Source: a virus
Lineage: Duplodnaviria; Caudoviricetes
IMG/VR virus record: IMGVR_UViG_3300024325_000003
Coordinates: 1 to 39,754 of that record
DNA length: 39,754 nt
Strand: one strand, 5' to 3'
The translations under genes were made by a program, and so were the position numbers. Each line of letters starts with the position of its first letter. Positions within the stretch are counted from its first letter, which is position 1. The notes beneath the pieces are model-generated. The model had not been told where the DNA came from. It did no database searches and saw only the letters and a list, made by a program, of their open reading frames with translations. Of this stretch, positions 1-8,123 are shown piece after piece.

Positions 1-127
1 TGTCGATATTAGCCTGGTTCCATCTTGATTGTTCTATAGGCTGGAATTTGCTGTAAAGATTGTCTAGCCATTGCCTTACGTTACCTTGTGAAGGCTCTAA
101 AGCATTGTCCCATGGTGGATAATAAAA
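1..127. repeat. Terminal direct repeat (circular overlap), copy 1
   Basis: 1-127 is identical to 39628-39754; 127 is a common maximal assembler k-mer; the portal ORF continues across the junction. Confidence 0.95.
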
Positions 128-133
128 AGACGT
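1..133 (-). CDS. Portal protein, N-terminal part (wraps the origin; probable ACG start at 133)
   Basis: GGAGG-cttt-t-ACG TCT TTT TAT TAT CCA CCA TGG... reads open and in frame with the 37619-39541 ORF (SFYYPPWDNALEPSQGNVRQWLDNLYSKF...). Confidence 0.8.
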
Positions 134-227
134 AAAAGCCTCCAACAAAAGAGCATTGGGTGAAAGCTAGAACATATAATAATTATTTTAATTATGCAAC
201 AATCGAATGTAAATCCGCTTTACATGA

Positions 228-1736
228 TTAGAATATACTAGTCCTAGGTCCGAATCGATCTTGTAAATAATCTTTAGGATTATGACCATCGCGATCATTA
301 CGTTGATTAGGCACGAGCATTAAACCAGTCGCTAAAGTTCTAAACGCATCTGCTCCATGTGATGCCCAATTGTGCAGAGGTTGAGATCGCCAGCATGCAT
401 TACGTTCGTCCCAATCCTTTTTGTAGTTGTCTAACGCTTTAATGCCTTTAGCACATTTAGATTCATCGAACCAACATCTATTTAGTATGCCGCGCACCGC
501 ATCTATACCAGGTATAATATCTGTCTTTTGAGCTGGTATTAGGTTAAAACCTAGTTTACGTGCTGATGCTTGTCTTGTCATACCACTACTATATTCATGA
601 ACCATAATATCATGTGGCGCAATATGCTTGTCATATACATAACCTTTAGATTTTACTATTCCAAGCCAATAAGCTAAAGACTCGCCACTTCCCTCATCAT
701 AATCTATCAACCTAATCTCTTTGCCGAAGCATTGGAAATACCATATTGAAGTGCTATCATTATAACCAAGGTCCCAAGCTGTATAAACGGGAATTTGTTC
801 ATCATATGGTACAAACCCAATACGCTTCTCAGCCCTAACTAGATTCATCTGACGTGCATAATATAATCCTTCGTTGGACACTTCCCAGCTTTCTTCTGGA
901 GTTGAAGGATATTCGCGCCTCATATCATCTTTTTGTGTCACCTCACGCGATATATACCAATTCTTTTGCTCTTCATCTAGCTTAATACCAACTCTAGATA
1001 AATGCTCGAAGTACTTTAATATATCTTCACTAGCTGGTAAGCATGATCCGATGCGATATGATGGCTCCAAATACCATGGGAAGAAGTGAAACTTAAAGTC
1101 TAGCTTAGATAATTTAGATTGCATCTGTTTGTTTTGTTGTGCTCGTTTACATATATCGTAAAAATAACCATCTCTTCCTTCAGCGGTTGATTCTATAAAT
1201 ACATATTGGCCAGGAGCAACAGTATTTAAAGACCCTGTAATTATTTCCTGAGCCTTATCTGGATACTTTGCGCATATCTTACCAAACTCTGATATATGTA
1301 AATATTGGAATGTACTAGATCTAAGAGATGTTCCCACGCGTATACTAGAACCGTTTGAGAACTTAAGCATGTTTGTGGTATCATTCTCGGCTGTTAATCT
1401 CTCTTTTATGATATCGGGTAAATTATCGTATGCGAACTTAACACGCCTAAACAACTGTTGAGAGTCTTCAAGTGTGTGTGCAATAATACCTGCGGACATA
1501 TTTGAGTTGAATAAACAGCGATCTAAGAATAGTAATGAAATGAATGTGCTCATACCAAGCTGACGGGCTTTAAGAATTATGTTGCAGTACCACATATCCT
1601 TATACAGCTGATCCTGAGCCCAATTTAATTTGAATTTAACTTTCTTTCCTTGTTTGTTTACAATATAGTATAGATGATTTATACGCCAATATGGGTCTTT
1701 GAATGCTTCTATGGCCTTATCTAGATCACTCTGCAT
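228..1736 (-). CDS. terL: Terminase large subunit
   Basis: Walker A-like ILKARQLGMST, Walker B YLHISE, ESTA coupling motif, nuclease AWDLG and HGADAFR. Confidence 0.95.
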   Translation of the reverse strand: MQSDLDKAIEAFKDPYWRINHLYYIVNKQGKKVKFKLNWAQDQLYKDMWYCNIILKARQLGMSTFISLLFLDRCLFNSNMSAGIIAHTLEDSQQLFRRVKFAYDNLPDIIKERLTAENDTTNMLKFSNGSSIRVGTSLRSSTFQYLHISEFGKICAKYPDKAQEIITGSLNTVAPGQYVFIESTAEGRDGYFYDICKRAQQNKQMQSKLSKLDFKFHFFPWYLEPSYRIGSCLPASEDILKYFEHLSRVGIKLDEEQKNWYISREVTQKDDMRREYPSTPEESWEVSNEGLYYARQMNLVRAEKRIGFVPYDEQIPVYTAWDLGYNDSTSIWYFQCFGKEIRLIDYDEGSGESLAYWLGIVKSKGYVYDKHIAPHDIMVHEYSSGMTRQASARKLGFNLIPAQKTDIIPGIDAVRGILNRCWFDESKCAKGIKALDNYKKDWDERNACWRSQPLHNWASHGADAFRTLATGLMLVPNQRNDRDGHNPKDYLQDRFGPRTSIF

Positions 1737-2160
1737 TATCTATTAAATCCCGGCTATCATCGTTAACAACGGTCATGATTACGCTGAGAGGGTCTTTTGC
1801 ATCTCCACTAATCTTATTCTCTTGCTTAGGAACCATTGCCCAATAATGCCCTAGTAATAGCTGAGCCATGTTATAATTCATTTTCTTTGCTAAAGATCCT
1901 TCCACGAGCATGCTTTTTTGTTTTGTAAGAGCCATATGATACGCGTCTCGAAACCTATCATTTTCTTTTGCCCATATCGAAAGTTTACTATCTGGATAAC
2001 CACGTTCATAAGCAAACTTCTCAAACCATAGAAATTTACCTTTTTCAAGCCATTCTTCCAAAGCATCAGCTTCGGCCTCAATAAATTCCTTAGTATACCT
2101 AAGTGGTCTTCCACCTTCACCATTTTTATTATATGGTTCATGTCCTTTCGGTGCTGGCAT
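1726..2160 (-). CDS. terS: Terminase small subunit (P22 gp3-like DNA packaging protein)
   Basis: Directly upstream of terL; MPAPKG...GGRPLRYT N-terminus typical of TerS; SD GAGGT. Confidence 0.85.
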   Translation of the reverse strand: MPAPKGHEPYNKNGEGGRPLRYTKEFIEAEADALEEWLEKGKFLWFEKFAYERGYPDSKLSIWAKENDRFRDAYHMALTKQKSMLVEGSLAKKMNYNMAQLLLGHYWAMVPKQENKISGDAKDPLSVIMTVVNDDSRDLIDNAE

Positions 2161-2229
2161 AACTACCTCTTGATTAAAATATTAACTATATATAAACAGG
2201 AATAAATAAATTTATCAAGGAGCTAATGC

Positions 2230-2412
2230 ATGTCTGATGAAGAGATTGTGGTTAAACCAAGTAGAAAAGAGCTTGTAGATATGTTGGATGCAACAATACA
2301 GAATATAGAAAATTTACCAGAATCAGCAATGTATAGTCCGATAACGCATGCGGATTTTTGGGCAGCATTAATATTAATTAAACAAATCTTGATATCAGAT
2401 CAGAACATATAA
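2230..2412 (+). CDS. Hypothetical protein (60 aa)
   Basis: SD AAGGAG upstream; opposite strand to its neighbours. Confidence 0.6.
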   Translation: MSDEEIVVKPSRKELVDMLDATIQNIENLPESAMYSPITHADFWAALILIKQILISDQNI

Positions 2413-2882
2413 CCACAGGATGGGCATTCGTGACTCTTTTTCTTATCGTCTTTTGCTTTGGAGTCTGGGGATATTTGCTCTACAACGTCATTAAAAGACC
2501 CTAGATCTTTTAGCTCGAGTCCGCATTCGAGTAGCATATCTATTTCGAATTCGTTAGCAAGAATGTCATAGTCGAATTCGCCGAATGACTTATTATCTAG
2601 GATTATTCGGCGATTCATTACTTCTTCTTTGAGATCATCTTCTACTATGCATGGAATAGACTTCCACTTTAACTTCTTGGCAGCTTGTACGCGTTGATTA
2701 CCTGCATATACTATCATTTTGCCATCAGGTAATTTGTTAATGAGTATTGGCCTTGCATGGAGGAAATCAGGGTCAGTTTCAAGACTAACGATGAGCTTAT
2801 TCATTTGCTCTTTGGATATCTTTCTAGGATTATTTTCTAGAAGTGTGAGTTTCTTTATGTCGACTTGTTCGAATTGTCGCAT
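2400..2882 (-). CDS. ParB/Sulfiredoxin N-terminal domain protein with C-terminal Zn ribbon
   Basis: NNPRKIS, VYAGNQRVQAAKKL, DNKSFGEFD motifs; terminal CPSCG; a usual neighbour of terminase genes. Confidence 0.85.
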   Translation of the reverse strand: MRQFEQVDIKKLTLLENNPRKISKEQMNKLIVSLETDPDFLHARPILINKLPDGKMIVYAGNQRVQAAKKLKWKSIPCIVEDDLKEEVMNRRIILDNKSFGEFDYDILANEFEIDMLLECGLELKDLGSFNDVVEQISPDSKAKDDKKKSHECPSCGYMF

Positions 2883-3067
2883 GTTTCATCCTGTATGGGT
2901 TTAAAGTAAGCTTTCATTTGTATGGATAATCTATATATCTCAAGGCATCTATCAGAGCAAAGAACAATTTTATCATTAGTGGTATTTGAGTAAAGAGTGA
3001 TGCGAGGGCAATCTGAGGGCTTAAAACATTCGGAGCAATCAGGTGGACGTGGTTTAATTGCGCTCAC
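2855..3067 (-). CDS. Small Zn-finger protein (CxxC...CSxxC, TRASH/treble-clef-like)
   Basis: GTG start after AAGGA; CSEC...CSDRC. Confidence 0.55.
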   Translation of the reverse strand: MSAIKPRPPDCSECFKPSDCPRITLYSNTTNDKIVLCSDRCLEIYRLSIQMKAYFKPIQDETCDNSNKST

Positions 3068-3071
3068 ATAT

Positions 3072-3185
3072 TTATTCCTTATGAAAATGTAGCCATAAAA
3101 ACATCGATCCAAAAATTAACACTCCTATCCATAAATAAGGTAGGCAATAATCGGGAAAAGGGCCCATTGGTTTAAAGAATTTCAT
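3072..3185 (-). CDS. Small single-TM protein (37 aa)
   Basis: Hand translation MKFFKPMGPFPDYCLPYLWIGVLIFGSMFLWLHFHKE; fills the gap in the operon. Confidence 0.5.
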   Translation of the reverse strand: MKFFKPMGPFPDYCLPYLWIGVLIFGSMFLWLHFHKE

Positions 3186-3193
3186 ATTTTCAT

Positions 3194-3331
3194 TTATTTT
3201 AATAAATTTATTACTTCAAGAGCCTTCTTGAGAGATATTCTAAACTTTCGCATTAAATAGTATGGTGAAACTCGACCGAACTTCTCTCTAGCGCAATAAG
3301 CTTCGGTTATCATGATATTTAAAGGTGTCAC
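3194..3331 (-). CDS. Stand-alone FtsK-gamma-like winged-helix microprotein (45 aa)
   Basis: Hand translation MTPLNIMITEAYCAREKFGRVSPYYLMRKFRISLKKALEVINLLK; GTG after GGGG. Confidence 0.45.
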   Translation of the reverse strand: MTPLNIMITEAYCAREKFGRVSPYYLMRKFRISLKKALEVINLLK

Positions 3332-3364
3332 GTCTGATAACCCCAATTATGTTGTAAATAACGT

Positions 3365-3910
3365 TTATATGTTTGTTGGAGGATTAATCTTTATATTGAG
3401 ATTGACCTTTCTTATGTTTTTTGTTGATTTATGCAAATTTTGATCAGGTGTTAAATACTGGAGATTAGATAATTGATGTAAGCCACCCTTGCTTAAGGGT
3501 TTAATATGATCAACAACATATCCTTCAGGTGTATTTTTGTAAAATAAACGAATTTCTTCAAGTTCTTCACTAGATGTTTTCCTTTTTGCATGATGCAACC
3601 TTTGCGTTCTTGTTATATGCCCTTTTTTCTGAGATTCTTTTCCTTTTTCTGTAGAAAGATATTTTCTAGTTCGTGCTCGTCTAATTTCATTTGCTTGCTC
3701 AACTAAAGGTTTGCATGTGATTTGAAAATCTTCTATTTCAAGAATTGGTTCGAAAATTTGATTTTCTTCTTTTGGATCTATGGGAATATCCTGTTTTTTA
3801 AAACAAGTTCTACAAAAATATGGTGCATCCATATCCTTAAAGGTCCTTTGATGATATTTAAAGGATGACTCAAAAGAATCGAATTTGCATCTAACGCAGC
3901 GTCTATTCAT
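3365..3910 (-). CDS. HNH endonuclease
   Basis: YVVDHIKPLSKGGLHQLSNLQYLTPDQNLHKS; N-terminal CxxC pairs. Confidence 0.9.
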   Translation of the reverse strand: MNRRCVRCKFDSFESSFKYHQRTFKDMDAPYFCRTCFKKQDIPIDPKEENQIFEPILEIEDFQITCKPLVEQANEIRRARTRKYLSTEKGKESQKKGHITRTQRLHHAKRKTSSEELEEIRLFYKNTPEGYVVDHIKPLSKGGLHQLSNLQYLTPDQNLHKSTKNIRKVNLNIKINPPTNI

Positions 3911-3996
3911 TTTATCCTCTTATACCTAATAAACTCATATATCATGTTACCAATGACGCAACCGATAAAAATAGAAATACAGTCACTAAATCCCAT
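3907..3996 (-). CDS. Small hydrophobic peptide (29 aa)
   Basis: MGFSDCISIFIGCVIGNMIYEFIRYKRIK; ATGA overlap with the HNH start. Confidence 0.45.
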   Translation of the reverse strand: MGFSDCISIFIGCVIGNMIYEFIRYKRIK

Positions 3997-4216
3997 CTTC
4001 AAACCCTTCGGCATATTCTTGGATCTGTTCTAACTGAAGTTTCAATGAACAGATATCTGCTAGTATATGATTATAAGTTTCTACCATGGCATCTATATCT
4101 TGTATATTTTCTATGTAACTCCATTCACCGAGTATATTTTCAAATACATTGTTATCTAATGCTTGATCGATGAGAATCTTTATGCATCCAAGGTCTTCGA
4201 TTCTTTCACGTTTCAT
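3986..4216 (-). CDS. Hypothetical acidic protein
   Basis: ORF track; ATGA overlap with the upstream ORF. Confidence 0.6.
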   Translation of the reverse strand: MKRERIEDLGCIKILIDQALDNNVFENILGEWSYIENIQDIDAMVETYNHILADICSLKLQLEQIQEYAEGFEDGI

Positions 4217-4368
4217 TTCTTCTTCTTTAAGACTTTCTCAGCACGATCTATCTTGCGATCTTGGACTTTGTCCTTTTTAAGGAGAGTCTTTGTGTCTTTA
4301 AGACCTTTCTTGAGGGCTGTTTTTGCACGATTCTCATCAACTTGCACTTTCTTAATTAATTTGTCCAT
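4213..4368 (-). CDS. Lys-rich basic microprotein (51 aa)
   Basis: MDKLIKKVQVDENRAKTALKKGLKDTKTLLKKDKVQDRKIDRAEKVLKKKK; SD AAGGA; ATGA coupling. Confidence 0.7.
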   Translation of the reverse strand: MDKLIKKVQVDENRAKTALKKGLKDTKTLLKKDKVQDRKIDRAEKVLKKKK

Positions 4369-4379
4369 TGAATAAATCC

Positions 4380-4670
4380 TTATTTAGTGTCTTTTTTCTT
4401 ATCATCTTTCTTGCTATTGATCTGTAGGCTTTTCATAGCTATATCCAGAGGCTTTACCTTAGCTATTGTACTCATTTTTGCAACTGGTGGAGACATCATA
4501 ACTGCTAAATTAAATTTATCTGCTCTTTCTTTAGCTAGTTTGTATGTTAAGAAACATTTGTTTGAGCATATCTCAAGGGTTGTTTGTCCGTTTGGTGCTT
4601 TCATTGTGCAGAACATAAATTCTTGAATCTCATTGCACATCCAGCATGTTTTAGCGATTTCGATACTCAT
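4380..4670 (-). CDS. Zn-finger protein (CxxC...CSxxC)
   Basis: CWMC...CSNKC; ATGA coupling. Confidence 0.6.
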   Translation of the reverse strand: MSIEIAKTCWMCNEIQEFMFCTMKAPNGQTTLEICSNKCFLTYKLAKERADKFNLAVMMSPPVAKMSTIAKVKPLDIAMKSLQINSKKDDKKKDTK

Positions 4671-5017
4671 GGATCCTCTTTGTGTACTCGTGAAGTAGGT
4701 TGTAATTCTGTTGGTGCTGAATTAGGTTGTTGATTTGGGGATCTATCTGAAACATATTTTCGGTATTGTTCTTCTGTCATTTTCATTACGCTATCTAATG
4801 TTGTCATATCAGTTGAGGCTAACTTCTGGTGTCTTTTTTCACGCATTTTTTTGTTAAATTTGTTAGCTGCTTCAATACCATCCGCATGAGATGGAGTGCC
4901 AGGCCTTGGAATCTTTTGAACGGTATTTGGAGTGGGGGGTTCTTCTTCATCATTGCAACTACAGTTACATGCACAACCAAACCAACGTTCACAAAAACTC
5001 AATTGAGGAATAGTCAT
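4667..5017 (-). CDS. Cys/Pro-rich, largely disordered hypothetical protein
   Basis: Likely ATG at 5017 (GGAG upstream, ATGA overlap); MTIPQLSFCERWFGCACNCSC... Confidence 0.6.
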   Translation of the reverse strand: MTIPQLSFCERWFGCACNCSCNDEEEPPTPNTVQKIPRPGTPSHADGIEAANKFNKKMREKRHQKLASTDMTTLDSVMKMTEEQYRKYVSDRSPNQQPNSAPTELQPTSRVHKEDP

Positions 5018-5127
5018 GATCTTTGCACTCCTTTGGGTTGGACGGCTCCCCAAGGATGCTTAAAGTCCTTTCCTTTTTTCTTTGGCTTTTTTTCTCTCAA
5101 AAAGTTCTGTATATAATTTTTAGCCAT
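5014..5127 (-). CDS. Basic microprotein (37 aa)
   Basis: MAKNYIQNFLREKKPKKKGKDFKHPWGAVQPKGVQRS; SD GGGGGA; first gene of the leftward operon. Confidence 0.55.
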   Translation of the reverse strand: MAKNYIQNFLREKKPKKKGKDFKHPWGAVQPKGVQRS

Positions 5128-5184
5128 ACATCCCCCGTTTTTAATTCAGATTAATCTTAAGGGAGATTTTTGAGAATATTTTAC

Positions 5185-5212
5185 TTGACTAATAAATATA
5201 AGTCTATAAGAT
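5185..5212 (+). promoter_or_regulatory. Sigma70-type promoter for the RHH operon
   Basis: TTGACT-16 nt-TAAGAT. Confidence 0.45.
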
Positions 5213-5237
5213 TATTATTTTATATGGAGATAAAGAC

Positions 5238-5378
5238 ATGAAGAAGGTATGGATAATCATACAAGTGCCGGAAGATTTTAGACAAAGAGTTAAGCAATCG
5301 GCATTAGACCAAAAGAAAACTATGACATCTTGGGTGATTAAGGCTATAGACAATGAGTTTAAAAGGATTGAGAAATGA
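5238..5378 (+). CDS. Ribbon-helix-helix (Arc/CopG-like) DNA-binding protein (46 aa)
   Basis: MKKVWIIIQVPEDFRQRVKQSALDQKKTMTSWVIKAIDNEFKRIEK: beta-strand followed by two helices; SD GGAG. Confidence 0.7.
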   Translation: MKKVWIIIQVPEDFRQRVKQSALDQKKTMTSWVIKAIDNEFKRIEK

Positions 5379-5662
5379 ATGAAGATGAGCAAGACTATGA
5401 AAAAGTCAGAGAATTAGTTTTTAAAATTGGCATTGTTATTAAAACGGTTAGACCCAATGCGGAAATTTTACTTACCGCCATGAGTGATAGTTTGATAAAA
5501 TCCTGTATTGCCGCTGATTTGAATCTAGATCAATTTAACCGATTAATGCAAAAAATGGTGAATGAATATGAAGGATTTAAAAAGGATTTACACGAATATA
5601 TAAATAGAAATGCTGATGAAATAATGGAAAAGGTTAAGGCTGAACGTGAATCAAAGCAATAA
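5375..5662 (+). CDS. Hypothetical helical protein
   Basis: ATGA coupling to the RHH gene. Confidence 0.65.
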   Translation: MNEDEQDYEKVRELVFKIGIVIKTVRPNAEILLTAMSDSLIKSCIAADLNLDQFNRLMQKMVNEYEGFKKDLHEYINRNADEIMEKVKAERESKQ

Positions 5663-5858
5663 GTATAAGCGATTGATCTACATGATCAATAAATATATAA
5701 AGGCTGAGGGATTAGATACCGATCAGGTGATAAGCTTATTTGCTGTATGTATATGCGAGACAATGAGGGATGAGGGATTTACGGAAGAGTTATTTGATGA
5801 GTATTTAAAAGAAATGCGAAATGTATTTAAGCGTAAGGTAATAGATGATCCAGCTTGA
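5646..5858 (+). CDS. Hypothetical helical protein (weakly similar to 5375-5662)
   Basis: ORF track; overlapping operon layout. Confidence 0.6.
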   Translation: MNQSNKYKRLIYMINKYIKAEGLDTDQVISLFAVCICETMRDEGFTEELFDEYLKEMRNVFKRKVIDDPA

Positions 5859-6060
5859 TTTTTTTGAGAGTCCAGAGCAGAGCGAGATGAAGGATATGCG
5901 TGACAAGATTCGCGGTATTCATCAATCGACTGAGAAGGTTCGTAAAGCATTATTTGCTAAGCATGGAGAAGTTTATAAACTTGTGATGGATATTGATTCT
6001 CGATTGCAAGCTATTGAACGTGGTCTGTGTAAATCTCAATCTTTACAGCATATTCTTTAG
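5845..6060 (+). CDS. Coiled-coil protein with N-terminal QLDFF motif
   Basis: MIQLDFFE...; SD AAGGT. Confidence 0.65.
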   Translation: MIQLDFFESPEQSEMKDMRDKIRGIHQSTEKVRKALFAKHGEVYKLVMDIDSRLQAIERGLCKSQSLQHIL

Positions 6061-6457
6061 GCTCTCCTTTTTCTTGCTTGTAATTCCATTCGATTGTTTT
6101 CGTATCGTCGGCGCGCCCTGGAGATTTGTAAGAAACGAGTTTATGATTATTACCCTTTGTTTTCTTGATATAGCTTACATTAACTTCTTTTTCAGGATAA
6201 ATAAGCACAGCTAAATAATCCTTTATATGCTTGAAACACATGGGAAGATTTTCTTCTGCATCAAGCATTCTTGGAGCAATGCGAGTAAGTACAACGATGC
6301 AGTTAACCGGAATTTCCGGACAACCGTCTAGTCGATAACGCATATTGATCCAATCATGTTGCGCGCGGAATCGCTTTCTTTTCTTCGTCCAGTGGTCGGT
6401 ATTGTTAGCTTCGGAGACTAGCCTTATTGGCAGTCTCCAGTTGATTATTTTATTCAT
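6011..6457 (-). CDS. RusA-like Holliday junction resolvase / endodeoxyribonuclease
   Basis: SEAN..HW, VLTRIAPRMLDAEENL..FKHIKD, ADD motifs; start may be 6457 or 6478. Confidence 0.7.
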   Translation of the reverse strand: MNKIINWRLPIRLVSEANNTDHWTKKRKRFRAQHDWINMRYRLDGCPEIPVNCIVVLTRIAPRMLDAEENLPMCFKHIKDYLAVLIYPEKEVNVSYIKKTKGNNHKLVSYKSPGRADDTKTIEWNYKQEKGEPKEYAVKIEIYTDHVQ

Positions 6458-6501
6458 TTTGTACCAAATTTGTGTCATGTTAAAGTTGCTACATATTTGT
6501 G

Positions 6502-6894
6502 TCAAAAAGGGCATTCATCATCATTGGATGGTTTAGCTTGACCTTTGATCGATGTAGGAAAATCGGGGGAACTTTTGGGATTTGGTGTTTGTTTTTCGGG
6601 CATATCAAAGACACTTGGGTTATTTGCTTTTTGATATTTCTCGAGTTCCTTAAAGAATTCCTTGCGAAATGCTTCGGTCATGTTTTCATTTTCAAATCGA
6701 CAATGCTGGAAGTATTTCTTTTGGCCTTCCTTTTCATATTCCTTTGATGGGAATGAGATCCATCGTTTGTTGTCCTTTTCCCATATGGTGATCCCGTAGA
6801 TCATGAAATTACCCCATAGAGGTAATTTGATATCGCAAGTAGCTATTAAGCAACCCTTACCAACTGGTTTGTAGTTTTGTATTTCTAGGGGCAT
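6502..6894 (-). CDS. SpoVG/PC4-like nucleic-acid-binding protein, probable SSB
   Basis: IATCDIKL...GITIWEKDNKRWISFPSKEY; acidic SSB-like tail DDECPF. Confidence 0.7.
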   Translation of the reverse strand: MPLEIQNYKPVGKGCLIATCDIKLPLWGNFMIYGITIWEKDNKRWISFPSKEYEKEGQKKYFQHCRFENENMTEAFRKEFFKELEKYQKANNPSVFDMPEKQTPNPKSSPDFPTSIKGQAKPSNDDECPF

Positions 6895-7121
6895 ATGTCC
6901 TCTCTTAGTGCTTTGATTAAATATTCCATTGCTTCTTGTTGTGTTTCGAAATTCACCTCAGTGAATGCGCCATTTTTTTCATTTTTTTGTTCAAATTTAA
7001 TAATATATTTATTTTTTAATTCAGGTTTTTGATTAAGATAATCATCATATCTTCCAATGTCGAAATATGAAATAAGATCGATATCGAAAATACTTAAACC
7101 AATTTTTCTCCAATTACTCAT
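6885..7121 (-). CDS. Hypothetical protein
   Basis: ORF track; coupled operon. Confidence 0.55.
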   Translation of the reverse strand: MSNWRKIGLSIFDIDLISYFDIGRYDDYLNQKPELKNKYIIKFEQKNEKNGAFTEVNFETQQEAMEYLIKALREDICP

Positions 7122-7246
7122 TTTTTATCCTTTTTGTGTTTAAATTTACAATATGGACAAACCCATTCATCCATTCGATGTTCCCAATGAGCATCAAGCG
7201 ATTTGCAGTTCGGGCATTCGAAGCGGATTATTGCGGGTCTTGGCAT
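7118..7246 (-). CDS. Zn-ribbon microprotein (42 aa)
   Basis: MPRPAIIRFECPNCKSLDAHWEHRMDEWVCPYCKFKHKKDKK; SD GAGG. Confidence 0.65.
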   Translation of the reverse strand: MPRPAIIRFECPNCKSLDAHWEHRMDEWVCPYCKFKHKKDKK

Positions 7247-7566
7247 GATTCCTCGTAGTATGATTTCCTAAAAGCTTCATAGATTTCGTTTTCATCTTTT
7301 TCTAAATATTCACCTAGTCCATTTAGGTTTTGTAGCTCTTTATCGTTAAAATCATTTGCAAGCATTTCTATCACTTTTTTCACTTCACTGGACATATGGC
7401 ATTCCCCATCCTCTGCTTCTTTTTGACAAGCTAAACAGACGTATAAAGTGCCCATTCGTTGGGCAAAATCAAAGTAATTTTCATTCATATCTCCTTCAAA
7501 ATAAGAACAAATGGAACATTCTTGACGATTATTATGATCATCATGGTGATTGTCATTTTGATTCAT
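7228..7566 (-). CDS. Hypothetical acidic protein with CxxC pairs
   Basis: CSIC...CLAC. Confidence 0.6.
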   Translation of the reverse strand: MNQNDNHHDDHNNRQECSICSYFEGDMNENYFDFAQRMGTLYVCLACQKEAEDGECHMSSEVKKVIEMLANDFNDKELQNLNGLGEYLEKDENEIYEAFRKSYYEESCQDPQ

Positions 7567-7722
7567 TCATTTACCTTTTTTGATAGTAAATTTTTCCTTT
7601 ATCATATCCAAAACCATATCACTTCCAAAATTGAACCCTTTCATATAACCAAGGTTATATCCCCACCTTGAAAAAAAGGCTAAAGATAAAATCCATAGTG
7701 CAAATAGTGTATAATTATTCAT
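7567..7722 (-). CDS. Small TM protein (51 aa)
   Basis: MNNYTLFALWILSLAFFSRWGYNLGYMKGFNFG...; SD AAGGA. Confidence 0.55.
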   Translation of the reverse strand: MNNYTLFALWILSLAFFSRWGYNLGYMKGFNFGSDMVLDMIKEKFTIKKGK

Positions 7723-7880
7723 TGATTTTCCTTTTCTTCTTTTAAAGGCCTTTCCTTGCGTTTTTGATCATATTCGTACTTTGCTATGTCTTTTTGTATT
7801 TTAACGCAACCTTGATATATTTCCTTGCGAATTTGAGGGTCTTTCAAAAGATTCATCCATAGCTTTTTTAACTTATCCGT
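7719..7880 (-). CDS. Small basic protein (45-53 aa; start uncertain, ACG at 7880 or ATG at 7856)
   Basis: Hand translation ...DKLKKLWMNLLKDPQIRKEIYQGCVKIQKDIAKYEYDQKRKERPLKEEKENQ. Confidence 0.5.
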   Translation of the reverse strand, partial: TDKLKKLWMNLLKDPQIRKEIYQGCVKIQKDIAKYEYDQKRKERPLKEEKENQ

Positions 7881-8122
7881 TAATCTTCCTTAATTCGTTT
7901 TTTGAGGATATATTGCTCACCATTATCTTTAAATCTTTGATTAGCCTTCAAAACTCCATTTTCATTGTATAATTCATAATATGACTTCAATGCTTCTTGA
8001 TATGAGATTTCTTCGTCGGGAGATAGAAGACGATTTTTTTTTATATTTTCATAAAGATCCTTCATCATCCAAGGCCACAGATCTTGCATAGTTTTCCAGG
8101 AATAAGCTTCTTCGGTAATCAT
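7880..8122 (-). CDS. Hypothetical protein (80 aa)
   Basis: ATG at 8122 after GGAG; the longer ORF call overlaps dnaB. Confidence 0.6.
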   Translation of the reverse strand: MITEEAYSWKTMQDLWPWMMKDLYENIKKNRLLSPDEEISYQEALKSYYELYNENGVLKANQRFKDNGEQYILKKRIKED

Positions 8123-8123
8123 T

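Noticed and set aside
1-127. Biological direct terminal repeat
   Set aside because: Exactly 127 bp and falling mid-portal gene, typical of an assembler k-mer overlap on a circularly permuted genome
2400-2882. Plasmid partition system
   Set aside because: Only a ParB-N domain beside terminase; no ParA or parS evident, and no fused methyltransferase
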